Source: an uncultured Desulfobacterales bacterium
GTDB taxonomy: Bacteria; Desulfobacterota; Desulfobaccia; Desulfobaccales; 0-14-0-80-60-11
Assembly (NCBI GenBank): GCA_964522695.1
Contig: CAZFWX010000002.1
Span: forward strand, 1-60,585
DNA length: 60,585 nt
Direction of reading: 5' to 3'
This document shows, in pieces, positions 1-7,813 of the stretch. Made by a program: the position numbers and the translations under genes. The stretch's first letter is position 1. The number at the start of each line of letters is the position of its first letter. The notes below the pieces were generated by a model. That model was not told where the DNA came from. It saw only the letters and a list, made by a program, of their open reading frames with translations, and did no database searches.

Positions 1-116
1 TGGTCGCGCAACTGGCGCTCCGGCACCGGCATAGTCCATTGGATGAGCCGGTCTGCCAACGTGGACTTACCATGGTCAATGTGGGCGATAATGCTGAAGT
101 TGCGAATGGGTACCAT
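1..116 (-). CDS. lepA: Elongation factor 4 (LepA), N-terminal fragment; the gene runs off the left edge
   Basis: Reverse strand from ATG (complement of 114-116) reads [26 protein letters not shown]..., the LepA N-terminus with the G1 motif AHIDHGKST. Absent from the ORF track because it is cut by the window edge. Confidence 0.85.
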   Translation of the reverse strand, partial: MVPIRNFSIIAHIDHGKSTLADRLIQWTMPVPERQLRD

Positions 117-126
117 AGTCATTTCT

Positions 127-273
127 GGCGCGTGAGACGCGCCCTACGTTCGCCTGGTTCCCAGGCTCCTGCTTGGGAACCGCATGGGACGCCAAGCTCC
201 CGCTTGGCACTTTAACGAATTATATCAATATATTCTAAAGAATACGCGATTCTCCCAAGCAGAGCTTGGGGGG
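127..273. repeat. Cluster of short REP-like palindromic units upstream of lepA
   Basis: GGCGCGTGAGACGCGCC (127-143), GGTTCCCAGGCTCCTGCTTGGGAAC (156-180), GCCAAGCTCCCGCTTGGC (191-208) and CCCAAGCAGAGCTTGGG (254-270). The same unit types recur at 11.4-11.7 kb and 51.2 kb. Confidence 0.75.
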
Positions 274-375
274 AAAAATGGCGTTCCCAGGCGGCAGTTT
301 GTGAACGAGACAGGGGAGGGGCGCCGCAGGCAGGGACGCCTGCGCCACCAACCCAGCCTCCCCCCACAAATCAGC

Positions 376-933
376 CTATCTCTCTCCCTCCCGCCCGCGG
401 CGGGTGGAGTTATCCAGGTCCTTTAAAATCTCGGTCATATAATTACGGGCGAAGGCCAGGAACTCGCCCTCCACCACAAAGGTGTAGTTCAGGTTGCTCT
501 CCACCCGGTTGAGTTTGAGCCGGTTCACCACCATGTAGATATTTTTGTTAATGGCCGCCGGCGGCCCGGTGAAGCGGTAGTAAATGTTGGGCACCCGGCG
601 GACGATGACCCGGAGGCCGCTTTCATCGAACACGGTCATCTGGGGATACGTGGGCAGATCCAGACGGGGCTGGCCGATCATGGTGCCCTTCACCACCAGG
701 GCTTCCTTGTCCTCATTGATTTGCTTAAGCTTGGCCTCGATGTCCGCGAAGAGGCGTTCCCGTTCCTTGAGCGTGGCCTTCTGGTAGGGAAAGAAATACC
801 CCACGGGCCAGGACTTGGCCTTGACCGTGGGGGCCGGCTGGCCGAAGCTTCCCCCGGGAAGGACAGGGACCAGCGCGGCCACGGCGGCGGCTAACAGAAC
901 TGCAGCCGACAGGCGTCGTTGGGCCGGTCTCAC
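376..933 (-). CDS. Hypothetical secreted protein (N-terminal signal peptide)
   Basis: 185-aa ORF. The GTG start overlaps the upstream stop as GTGA (930-933), which suggests coupling. The N-terminus RRLSAAVLLAAAVAALVPVL looks like a signal peptide. No family recognised. Confidence 0.6.
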   Translation of the reverse strand: MRPAQRRLSAAVLLAAAVAALVPVLPGGSFGQPAPTVKAKSWPVGYFFPYQKATLKERERLFADIEAKLKQINEDKEALVVKGTMIGQPRLDLPTYPQMTVFDESGLRVIVRRVPNIYYRFTGPPAAINKNIYMVVNRLKLNRVESNLNYTFVVEGEFLAFARNYMTEILKDLDNSTRRGREGER

Positions 934-2078
934 GCCTCCAGCACCTGCTTGATCTGGATGAGGCGCAACAGCCCGCTCTTGGTGATGAGACCGGCCAGGC
1001 GCTGGCCTTCCATGACCAGGAGGCGGTCCAACTCCTCCTGGGCCATCTGCACCAGAGCGTTAGCCAGGGAGGCGTCGGGGGCGATGACCATGGCCTCAAC
1101 CAAAGGCGCCATAACCGACTCCACCAGGGTGTCCCGGTGGGCTTCCCGGGGGACCTCCCGCACCGCTGTGGGGAACACCAGCCCCAGGACGCGGCCTTGG
1201 TCAACCACCGGGAACCCCTGGAAGGCGTAGTGCAGGAAATAGTCGTGCACCAGGGCGTCCAGGTGCAGTCCCGGCGGCACAGTCACTACCTCCCGGACCA
1301 TCACCTCACGCACAGACACGCCTTCCAGCGACTTGCGAATGATAACCTCTTCGTAGCCCCGCTGGGACATGCCCCGCAGGAACATGCCGATGAACAGGAA
1401 CCACAGGCCGTTGATCAAGGCCCCGGCGAAGATCTGCAAGGCCCCCAGGACCATGAGGGCAACCGCGAAGCCTTTGCCCAGATCCGTGGCCACCTTGGTA
1501 GCCCGGGTGAGGGAGCCGGTGCGCCACCAGATGACGGCACGCAGGATGCGGCCGCCGTCCAAGGGGAAGCCGGGCACCAGGTTGAAGATGCCCAGGGCTA
1601 TGTTGATAAAGGCCAGATAGCGCAGGACCGCCGCGAAGAGGTCGGGGACGAAGCCGCCCACAGTAACCTTCAGAGCCCAGAAAATAGCGGCCAGGACAAA
1701 ACTGCATAGGGGGCCCACCACGGCGATTTTAAATTCGGTCTTAGGGTCCGAGGGCTCCTGGGCCAGGCGGGAGACGCCGCCGAAGATAAACAGGGTGATC
1801 TCCGGGATGTTGATGCCAGCGCGCAGGGCCATGAGGGAATGGGAGAATTCGTGGGCCACCACCGAGGCAAAGAACAACAGGGTGGCGACGAAGCCCGCCA
1901 GCCAGTAGGTGCCGGAGTCATGGCCGGGATAATTGCGGGGGAAGTAGCCCTGGGACAGGGCCAGGAGCACCAGGAAGAAGACGATGAACCAGGAGAAGTC
2001 CAGGGCCACCCGGATGCCGGCGATGTGAAAGAGGGTGAAGCCTCCGGTGGAGGGCGCAGACGGTTTTGCCGGGGCCAT
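930..2078 (-). CDS. Site-2 protease family (M50) zinc metalloprotease with a C-terminal CBS pair
   Basis: 382 aa, multi-TM, with the HExxH motif HEFSH. The C-terminal half looks like tandem CBS domains. AGGAGG lies upstream of the ATG. Confidence 0.9.
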   Translation of the reverse strand: MAPAKPSAPSTGGFTLFHIAGIRVALDFSWFIVFFLVLLALSQGYFPRNYPGHDSGTYWLAGFVATLLFFASVVAHEFSHSLMALRAGINIPEITLFIFGGVSRLAQEPSDPKTEFKIAVVGPLCSFVLAAIFWALKVTVGGFVPDLFAAVLRYLAFINIALGIFNLVPGFPLDGGRILRAVIWWRTGSLTRATKVATDLGKGFAVALMVLGALQIFAGALINGLWFLFIGMFLRGMSQRGYEEVIIRKSLEGVSVREVMVREVVTVPPGLHLDALVHDYFLHYAFQGFPVVDQGRVLGLVFPTAVREVPREAHRDTLVESVMAPLVEAMVIAPDASLANALVQMAQEELDRLLVMEGQRLAGLITKSGLLRLIQIKQVLEA

Positions 2079-2313
2079 GATGCCTCCTGATACGAGAAAT
2101 TTCCGCGCCTGCTGGCGCAGACTCCCAGCCTGAGCGGACGGCAGCGGCGGGCACAGAGGCCGGCCCCCAGCCCTTTATTATTTTTTGATGGGGCGACGAT
2201 CCGTGAGCATCTGCTCACTGCTCAGACCCCTTGACCTCAGGCCATTTTCCCTTCATTATCTCAGGTGGAAGGGCCGCCGGCAACCGCCACCGCAGCAGCA
2301 CGGGAGTATCCGC

Positions 2314-2505
2314 ATGGCCGAGAGCAAAGTGGAGGACGGCAGGTACCTGGCCCGCTGCCAGGTCTGCGGCTCCTGGGTGGAAATTCCCTGCACCCCGCAA
2401 TGGGCCGACCGCTTTTTTTTCTATTGGCAGGCCGACTTCACCTGCTGCGGCCGGCGCCAGGCCGTCCTTTTCGCCGCGGAAAAAGAGGATGACGATATGC
2501 ACTGA
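2314..2505 (+). CDS. Small Cys-rich hypothetical protein (63 aa); the start was chosen inside the track ORF 2185..2505
   Basis: MAESKVEDGRYLARCQVCGSW...FTCCGRR contains CxxC plus CC. GGGAG lies 9 nt upstream of ATG 2314. No family recognised. Confidence 0.35.
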   Translation: MAESKVEDGRYLARCQVCGSWVEIPCTPQWADRFFFYWQADFTCCGRRQAVLFAAEKEDDDMH

Positions 2506-2574
2506 GCGAGGCTGGGCAGCCCGGAAATCCAGGTCCGGCACCGCCCCTGCCGTGATAGTGGCAAGACCCCCCGG

Positions 2575-3318
2575 TTAGTCCTCGCTTTTTAGTTTGATCA
2601 GCAGGCGCAGGATTTCCAGGTAGAGCCAAATCAGCGTCACCATGAGCCCGAAGGCGGCGAACCATTCCATGAACCGGGGGGCGCCCTGGGCCACGCCGTT
2701 TTCGATAAAGTCGAAGTCCAGGACCAGGTTCAGGGCGGCGATCACCACCACGAAGACGCTGAAGGCGATGCCGATCCAGCCGCCCTGGTGGATATAGGGG
2801 ATCTTGACGCCGAACAGTCCCAGGAGGAAGGTGGCCAGGTAGATGACGAAAATGCCGCCCGTTGCCGCCACCACGCCCAGCTTGAAATTTTCCGTGGCCC
2901 GGATGAGGCCGGAGCTATAAGCCAGCAGGAGGCACAGCAGGGTGCCGAAGGTCAGCGTTACGGCCTGGATGACGATGCCGGAGAACTGGGCTTCCGCGAA
3001 GGCCGAGACTCCGCCGATGACCAGGCCTTCCAACAGGGCGTACAGGGGCGCGGTCACCGAAGCCCATTCTTTTTTAAAGATGGTGACCAGCCCCACCACG
3101 AGCCCCCCCACCACGCCAGTGAGGAGCAGGGGGGTCACCGTGGCGGGATCACGGGTGAGAAAGAACTGCCTCCAGGTCCAGAACGCAGTGATGAGCACGC
3201 AGGCAAGCAGAAGAAAGCTTTTATTGACCGTGCCTTGCAGGGTCATGGCCTCGGCCGGAGCCACCCGGGGCAGGCCGGCAAAAGTGGTTTGGCTGAGGGC
3301 GGGATTGCCGCTGGCCAT
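2575..3318 (-). CDS. Bax-inhibitor-1-like (BaxI_1/COG4760-type) integral membrane protein
   Basis: 247 aa with about 7 TM segments. The C-terminal motif MEWFAAFGLMVTLIWLYLEILRLL is typical of this family. GGAGGAG RBS. Confidence 0.8.
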   Translation of the reverse strand: MASGNPALSQTTFAGLPRVAPAEAMTLQGTVNKSFLLLACVLITAFWTWRQFFLTRDPATVTPLLLTGVVGGLVVGLVTIFKKEWASVTAPLYALLEGLVIGGVSAFAEAQFSGIVIQAVTLTFGTLLCLLLAYSSGLIRATENFKLGVVAATGGIFVIYLATFLLGLFGVKIPYIHQGGWIGIAFSVFVVVIAALNLVLDFDFIENGVAQGAPRFMEWFAAFGLMVTLIWLYLEILRLLIKLKSED

Positions 3319-3545
3319 AATTTTCTCCTCCTATGATCAACTTCAAGGCTGCGGCCGGCGTCAGGACCGGCCTGAACGGGGGGTCGTCAGTGGCCGGATG
3401 GCCGCCGGACCCTTTGCCGTTTTTTCGGCTGCATCCGGTCAGAACTGAAACATGGAGTTTCGGCGCCTGAACAAGTTGCCATCCGCAACCGCCATAAGAC
3501 GGCGTATATCCTATTATACTGGTAATCACCGGCAATTTGTGCAAA

Positions 3546-3561
3546 TGGCATCAGACTTGCT
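3546..3561 (+). promoter_or_regulatory. Candidate sigma-54 (-24/-12) promoter upstream of the RiPP cassette
   Basis: TGGCAT-CAGAC-TTGCT compared with the consensus TGGCAC-N5-TTGCW, with correct GG/GC spacing. It lies about 175 nt upstream of the GTG of the PqqD-like gene. This is a single-site match only. Confidence 0.3.
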
Positions 3562-3735
3562 AAAATATTTCCGTTTCGGTGGCAGTTGCCAAGGCTAATT
3601 TGGTATGCTAGCCAAAATTTAATCTAAAATCCATCGTCAGGGAACGGCCCGCCTGAAGAGCCATCGGGCCAGGCTCCCGGTCCGGAACCGCGTCGCCCCT
3701 GAAGGCAGCAGGCTCCCCTGACAGGAGAAGGGAAA

Positions 3736-4023
3736 GTGACTCTGCAAGACAAACCCGTGGCCAATCCCCTGGTGGTATTGCGCAAGGAGTTCGATGATTG
3801 GGCCGTGCTCTTTGACCCTGACACCGGCCATGCCTACGGCCTCAACCCGGTCAGCGTCCTGATCTGGCAGTTCCTGGACGGCCGGCACACCGTGGAGGAT
3901 ATCGTCCGGGAGGTCCAGGCCGCATGTGAGGACGTGCCCGAAGCCGCGGCAGAGCATGTGCAGGCATTCATCGCCGACCTGCTGAAAAACGGCCTGGCGG
4001 GTTATGACTACCAGCCCAAGTGA
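3736..4023 (+). CDS. PqqD-family peptide chaperone (RiPP recognition element); ScmD-like
   Basis: 95 aa. WAVLFDPDTGHAYGLNPVSVLIWQFLDGRHTVEDIV...FIADLLKNGL fits the PqqD pattern. GTG start with AGGAG 8 nt upstream. It overlaps the next gene by 20 nt. Confidence 0.85.
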   Translation: MTLQDKPVANPLVVLRKEFDDWAVLFDPDTGHAYGLNPVSVLIWQFLDGRHTVEDIVREVQAACEDVPEAAAEHVQAFIADLLKNGLAGYDYQPK

Positions 4024-5134
4024 TACCCCCCTCAAGGTGATGCAATCACCCCGTTCGGTGGAGGTGGCCATCACCACCCGCTGCAATCTGCGCTGCGCTT
4101 ACTGCTCCCACTTCACCTCCGCCGCGGATGTGGCCCATGATCTTCCCACCGGAGAGTGGCTCCAGTTCTTTGCGGACCTGGGGCGCCGGGCGGTGATGGA
4201 GGTGACCCTGGAAGGGGGCGAGCCCCTGTTGCGCCGGGATTTGCCCCAGCTCATCGACGGCATCGTCAAGAACCGCATGCGCTTCACCATCCTGACCAAC
4301 GGCACGCTCATCACCGAGGACCTGGCCGTGTTCTTGGCCGGGACCCGGCGCTGCAACCAAGTGCAGGTCTCCCTGGACGGCTCCATGCCTGAGACCCACG
4401 ACGTCTGCCGGGGCGAGGGGACCTTTCACCGGGCGTTAAACGGCATCCGCATCCTGCAACGCCACGGCGTGTCCGTCTCCGTGCGGGTGACCATTCACCG
4501 CCACAACGTGCGGGACCTGGCGGGGGTGGCCCGGCTGCTCCTGGAAGAATTGGGCCTGCCCGGATTCTCCACCAACGCGGCCTCCTTCATGGGAATGTGC
4601 CGTTCCCAGGCCGACAGGGTGCAACTCACCGTGGAGGACCGGTCTTTAGCCATGGAGACTCTCTGGGAGCTGAATCAGCAATACGGCGGCCGCATCACCG
4701 GGTCCGCCGGGCCGGTGGCGGAGGTCTATGACTGGCTCCAGATGGAGGCGGCCCGGCAGGAGGGCCGGGAACCCATGGAGGGCCGGGGGGTCCTGGTGGC
4801 CTGCGGCGGCGTCATGAGCAAGCTGGCGGTGCGGGCCGACGGCGTGCTGACCCCGTGCATGCAACTGTGCCATCTGGAACTGGGGCGCATCAACCAGGAC
4901 GACCTGGGCGAGGTCTGGGTGCACCATCCCCAACTCACCCGGCTGCGCCAGCGGAACACCATGGCCTTGAGCGACTTCCCATTCTGTCAGGGCTGTCCCT
5001 ATATCCCTTATTGCACCGGCAACTGTCCGGCTTTGGCCTACACCATGGCGGGTGAGGAGAATCATCCCGCGCCGGACGCCTGCCTCAAGCGCTTTCTGGA
5101 AGCAGGAGGGCGTCTGCCTGATGTCCCCATCTGA
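4004..5134 (+). CDS. Radical SAM/SPASM domain maturase (ScmE/ScmF-type), first copy
   Basis: CNLRCAYC (CxxxCxxC) near the N-terminus and a C-terminal Cys-rich SPASM region (CGGV...TPC...FCQGCPYIPYCTGNCP). Confidence 0.9.
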   Translation: MTTSPSDTPLKVMQSPRSVEVAITTRCNLRCAYCSHFTSAADVAHDLPTGEWLQFFADLGRRAVMEVTLEGGEPLLRRDLPQLIDGIVKNRMRFTILTNGTLITEDLAVFLAGTRRCNQVQVSLDGSMPETHDVCRGEGTFHRALNGIRILQRHGVSVSVRVTIHRHNVRDLAGVARLLLEELGLPGFSTNAASFMGMCRSQADRVQLTVEDRSLAMETLWELNQQYGGRITGSAGPVAEVYDWLQMEAARQEGREPMEGRGVLVACGGVMSKLAVRADGVLTPCMQLCHLELGRINQDDLGEVWVHHPQLTRLRQRNTMALSDFPFCQGCPYIPYCTGNCPALAYTMAGEENHPAPDACLKRFLEAGGRLPDVPI

Positions 5135-6242
5135 GAAATCCCCGGTCCTTTATCCCCTGACCAACATCTATTTTTTCCTGACCGCGGGATGCAACCTGCG
5201 CTGCCGCCACTGCTGGTTTGTTCCCGAAACTCAAGAGGCTCCCCAGACCCGGGGCGGGGTGGAGTTTGACCTCTTCGAGCACATCATCAGGCAGGCCACG
5301 GCCATGGGGGTGGGCGGGGTCAAGCTCACCGGGGGGGAGCCCCTTTTGCACCCCCGCATCAAAAACATCCTGGAGTTGCTCCTGGAAGAGAACCTGGGGC
5401 TCATGTTGGAAACCAACGGCATCCTGCTGACCCCGGAGTTGGCCCGGCTCCTGGCCCGTTTTCCCAGCGTGCAGGTGTCCGTCAGCCTGGACAGCCCCGA
5501 AGCCGGGGTGCACGAGTGGGTGCGGGGCCGGCCGGGCTGCTTTGCCGAGACCCTCAAGGGCATGGCCCACCTGGCGGAGGCCGGCGTGCCCTTCCAGGTC
5601 ATCATGACCCTCATGCGCCGGAACCGGGAGCAGATGGAGGCCATCATTCCCTTCGCGCGCCAGCAGGGCGCGGGCCTGGTGAAATTCAACATCGTCCAGC
5701 CCTTGTCCCGGGGAGAGCAGCTTTACGCCAGTGATGAGGCCCTGAGCGTGCCGGAACTGGTGGAACTGGGGCGCTGGGTGGAAGGGGACCTCTCCCGCGG
5801 CGCAGAGTTGCCTGTCCTTTTTCACCATCCTCCAGCCTTCCAGCCCTTGTCCCGGATGATCCGGGATAACAGCCTGGATTGCCACAGGTGCGGCATCCTG
5901 GGCATTATCGGGGTGCTCCCCAATGGCGCCTGGGCCCTGTGCGGCCTGTCCGAGGAGGTGCCTGAACTTGTCTTCGGCCACGCCGCCCGCGACCGGCTGG
6001 ACGAGGTCTGGCACGAAACCCCCCTGCTGCGGGAATTGCGCCAGGGCCTGCCTCACCGCCTGGAAGGGGTGTGCCATGACTGCCTCCATCAGGCCGTCTG
6101 CCAGGGAAGCTGCATCGCCCAGAATTACATCACGACCAGGAGCCTCTGGGCGCCTTTCTGGTATTGCCGGCAGGCCGAGGAGCTGGGCCTCTTTCCCCCC
6201 TCCCGGAAACGGCAGGCCATAACCTCCTTCGCCCGCGGGTGA
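5121..6242 (+). CDS. Radical SAM/SPASM domain maturase (ScmE/ScmF-type), second copy
   Basis: CNLRCRHC motif and a SPASM-type C-terminus (CGILG...ALCGL...CHDCLHQAVCQGSC). I moved the start to ATG 5121, which overlaps the upstream stop by 14 nt. The track start at 5052 would add a 23-aa out-of-family extension. Confidence 0.9.
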   Translation: MSPSEKSPVLYPLTNIYFFLTAGCNLRCRHCWFVPETQEAPQTRGGVEFDLFEHIIRQATAMGVGGVKLTGGEPLLHPRIKNILELLLEENLGLMLETNGILLTPELARLLARFPSVQVSVSLDSPEAGVHEWVRGRPGCFAETLKGMAHLAEAGVPFQVIMTLMRRNREQMEAIIPFARQQGAGLVKFNIVQPLSRGEQLYASDEALSVPELVELGRWVEGDLSRGAELPVLFHHPPAFQPLSRMIRDNSLDCHRCGILGIIGVLPNGAWALCGLSEEVPELVFGHAARDRLDEVWHETPLLRELRQGLPHRLEGVCHDCLHQAVCQGSCIAQNYITTRSLWAPFWYCRQAEELGLFPPSRKRQAITSFARG

Positions 6243-6327
6243 AGAAAATTTAGCTGAGGTCAGGCCCGACAAACCACAATCTTTTTTCCATATTCTCAAT
6301 TTCCGTATGGAAAAGAGAATAATTCTC

Positions 6328-6357
6328 TTGCATTATAAGAATGACTTTCCCTATAAT
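6328..6357 (+). promoter_or_regulatory. Near-consensus sigma-70 promoter inside the cassette, upstream of the small precursor-like ORF
   Basis: TTGCAT (6328-6333), an 18-nt spacer, then TATAAT (6352-6357), in an AT-rich island between GC-rich genes. Confidence 0.45.
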
Positions 6358-6472
6358 CAGGGCTTAATGTGGTATCCCTGCGGCATGTGTGACCGCGGTT
6401 TGGTCACTCTGCCCCCGTTAGCTGCAAGGGAGATTTTGGTTTCTGCGATCTACCATGTTGGAGGGGAATGGT

Positions 6473-6610
6473 ATGAAGGAAAAGAAAAAGCTGCCTTATG
6501 AAAAGCCCATCTTGACCCGTCTGGATGCACCGGCGGCCGCAGGCTTTCGCAGTTGCGGCGCCGGGTCCGTAGCGAACCTTTGCCCCCGGGGTGCGGTGGT
6601 CAACAGGTAG
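6473..6610 (+). CDS. Candidate RiPP precursor peptide (45 aa), not in the ORF track
   Basis: The ATG 6473..TAG 6610 ORF translates to MKEKKKLPYEKPILTRLDAPAAAGFRSCGAGSVANLCPRGAVVNR. GGAGG (6460-6464) lies 8 nt upstream. It sits between the second rSAM/SPASM gene and the ScmC-like gene on the same strand. The layout is leader-like then core-like, with 2 Cys. Confidence 0.5.
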   Translation: MKEKKKLPYEKPILTRLDAPAAAGFRSCGAGSVANLCPRGAVVNR

Positions 6611-6658
6611 GAAAATTAACCCCAGGGTGTCCCGAACGAGACAAAATTCCTGTTGGGG

Positions 6659-6693
6659 GGGGAGGCTGTGTCCTCCCCTCTGCCGTTATTTTT
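6659..6693 (+). terminator. Hairpin plus T-rich tract just after the precursor-like ORF (possible leaky terminator/attenuator)
   Basis: GGGGAGG (6659-6665) pairs with CCTCCCC (6672-6678) around a 6-nt loop. The T-run TTATTTTT at 6686-6693 is not directly adjacent to the stem, so this is weaker than a canonical terminator. Confidence 0.3.
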
Positions 6694-6780
6694 CGTGAAC
6701 TCATTTCGCTGCTCTCCGGACCGTATCGCTTTTTCCTTGCCCCACCCCTTCCTGGCCTGCCCAGCCTGCGAGGCCCGCAC

Positions 6781-7737
6781 ATGAACCCTCCCGCCGGACC
6801 ATCCGTGCGGCTGCGGGACCTCCTCCAGGATGGCTGTAATGGCGGTGACGCCTCAATTCCGGATCAGGGCTTCTGCCTTGACCTCGCCGACGGCAACCGC
6901 TGGTGGCTTACAGCCTGCACTCCCACCTTCCCCTGGCTGACGCGGCTGGCGGCCATTATGGAACTGCCCCCTGGTTTGCCTGACGGCCGCCCGGAACTGA
7001 TCTACACCGAAGCCTTGCCGGCCCGGGATTTGGCCGCGTTGGGCTTTGTCCCGGAAGAAGTGGGCTGGGGGCCGAAAGGCCAGCGGCCTTTGCGCTGCTG
7101 GCGCCACCCCGGTCTGCCGGACGTGCTTTGCGAATTGCACCATGACGGGAGCGCAGAATTCTTTCTGATCAACATGTGGAACTCCCTCACTGTCATCTAC
7201 CTGGACAGCGTGTGGCGGGGCGGCCTGCCTCTCCACGCCGGCCTGGCGGCTTTTCAAGGCCAGGGCGTGCTCTTCGCGGCGCCGGGGGATACGGGCAAAT
7301 CCACCACCTGCCGCCGTCTGCCGCGGCCCTGGGAGATGCTGGACGACGATGAAACCCTGGTGGTGAAAACCCCTGGGGCCTTCTACGTGGCTCACCCCTT
7401 CCCCACCTGGTCCGACTATCTCTTCCAAAGGGGGATGCCTACCTGGAATGTGCAGCATACTGTGCCGGTCAAGGCCGTCTGCTTTCTGGAGCAGCATCCC
7501 GAAAACAGAATTACGCCCCTGAGCCAAGCCCAGGCTGCGGTGTGCATCACCCAATCAGTGGAGCAGATTTGCACCAGGACCTGGGAGAATCTCCCCCGGG
7601 AAGAGATGGTCCGCCGCCGGACGCAAGTCTTCGCCAACGCCGCGGACCTGGCCCTGGCCGTGCCGGCTTTCCGGATGCGCCTCAGTCTGCACGGCCACTT
7701 TTGGGAAGACCTGGAGCGCCTCCTGGGCTGGCGGTGA
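6781..7737 (+). CDS. ScmC-like conserved cassette protein with a P-loop (HprK-type kinase-like core?)
   Basis: 318 aa from ATG 6781, with GAGG 9 nt upstream. The Walker-A-like GDTGKST is at 7285-7305. The track start at 6553 (TTG) would overlap the precursor-like ORF. Confidence 0.7.
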   Translation: MNPPAGPSVRLRDLLQDGCNGGDASIPDQGFCLDLADGNRWWLTACTPTFPWLTRLAAIMELPPGLPDGRPELIYTEALPARDLAALGFVPEEVGWGPKGQRPLRCWRHPGLPDVLCELHHDGSAEFFLINMWNSLTVIYLDSVWRGGLPLHAGLAAFQGQGVLFAAPGDTGKSTTCRRLPRPWEMLDDDETLVVKTPGAFYVAHPFPTWSDYLFQRGMPTWNVQHTVPVKAVCFLEQHPENRITPLSQAQAAVCITQSVEQICTRTWENLPREEMVRRRTQVFANAADLALAVPAFRMRLSLHGHFWEDLERLLGWR

Positions 7738-7813
7738 CGCAGCAAATTTTTTATCGTGGGGAAGTCGGCGAACTGTGGCTCCTCACCCCCTTCCTTAGAA
7801 AAAGTCCTTTATA

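Noticed and set aside
3452-3598. 48-aa ORF upstream of the PqqD-like gene (MEFRRLNKLPSATAIRRRISYYTGNHRQFVQMASDLLKYFRFGGSCQG), considered as an alternative precursor.
   Set aside because: It has no SD, it spans the candidate promoter(s) at 3546-3561, and it has a single Cys and an Arg-rich sequence unlike a leader-core layout. I keep it only as a low-probability alternative to test by conservation.
5085-6299. 404-aa minus-strand ORF antisense to the second rSAM/SPASM gene. Similar long antisense ORFs are at 9819..11015, 13893..14948, 31464..32489, 49834..51018, 53249..54376, 54571..55743, 57967..58947 and 58739..59881.
   Set aside because: Each lies fully inside a gene with clear family motifs on the other strand. 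Their translations are low-complexity and rich in G/R/P/H/Q/A, with no recognisable motifs. This is typical of stop-poor shadow frames in GC-rich DNA.
6307-6501. 64-aa track ORF (MEKRIILLHYKNDFPYNQGL...) between the maturase genes and the ScmC-like gene, considered as the RiPP precursor.
   Set aside because: It spans the predicted -35/-10 promoter, has no SD, runs through an AT-rich non-coding-looking stretch, and overlaps the SD and start of the better-supported 45-aa ORF in another frame.
6553-6780. N-terminal 76-aa extension of the ScmC-like ORF as drawn in the track (TTG start at 6553).
   Set aside because: It overlaps the precursor-like ORF and the hairpin/T-tract, and it is Gly/Pro/Arg-rich junk. 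ATG 6781 has a GAGG SD at the proper spacing.
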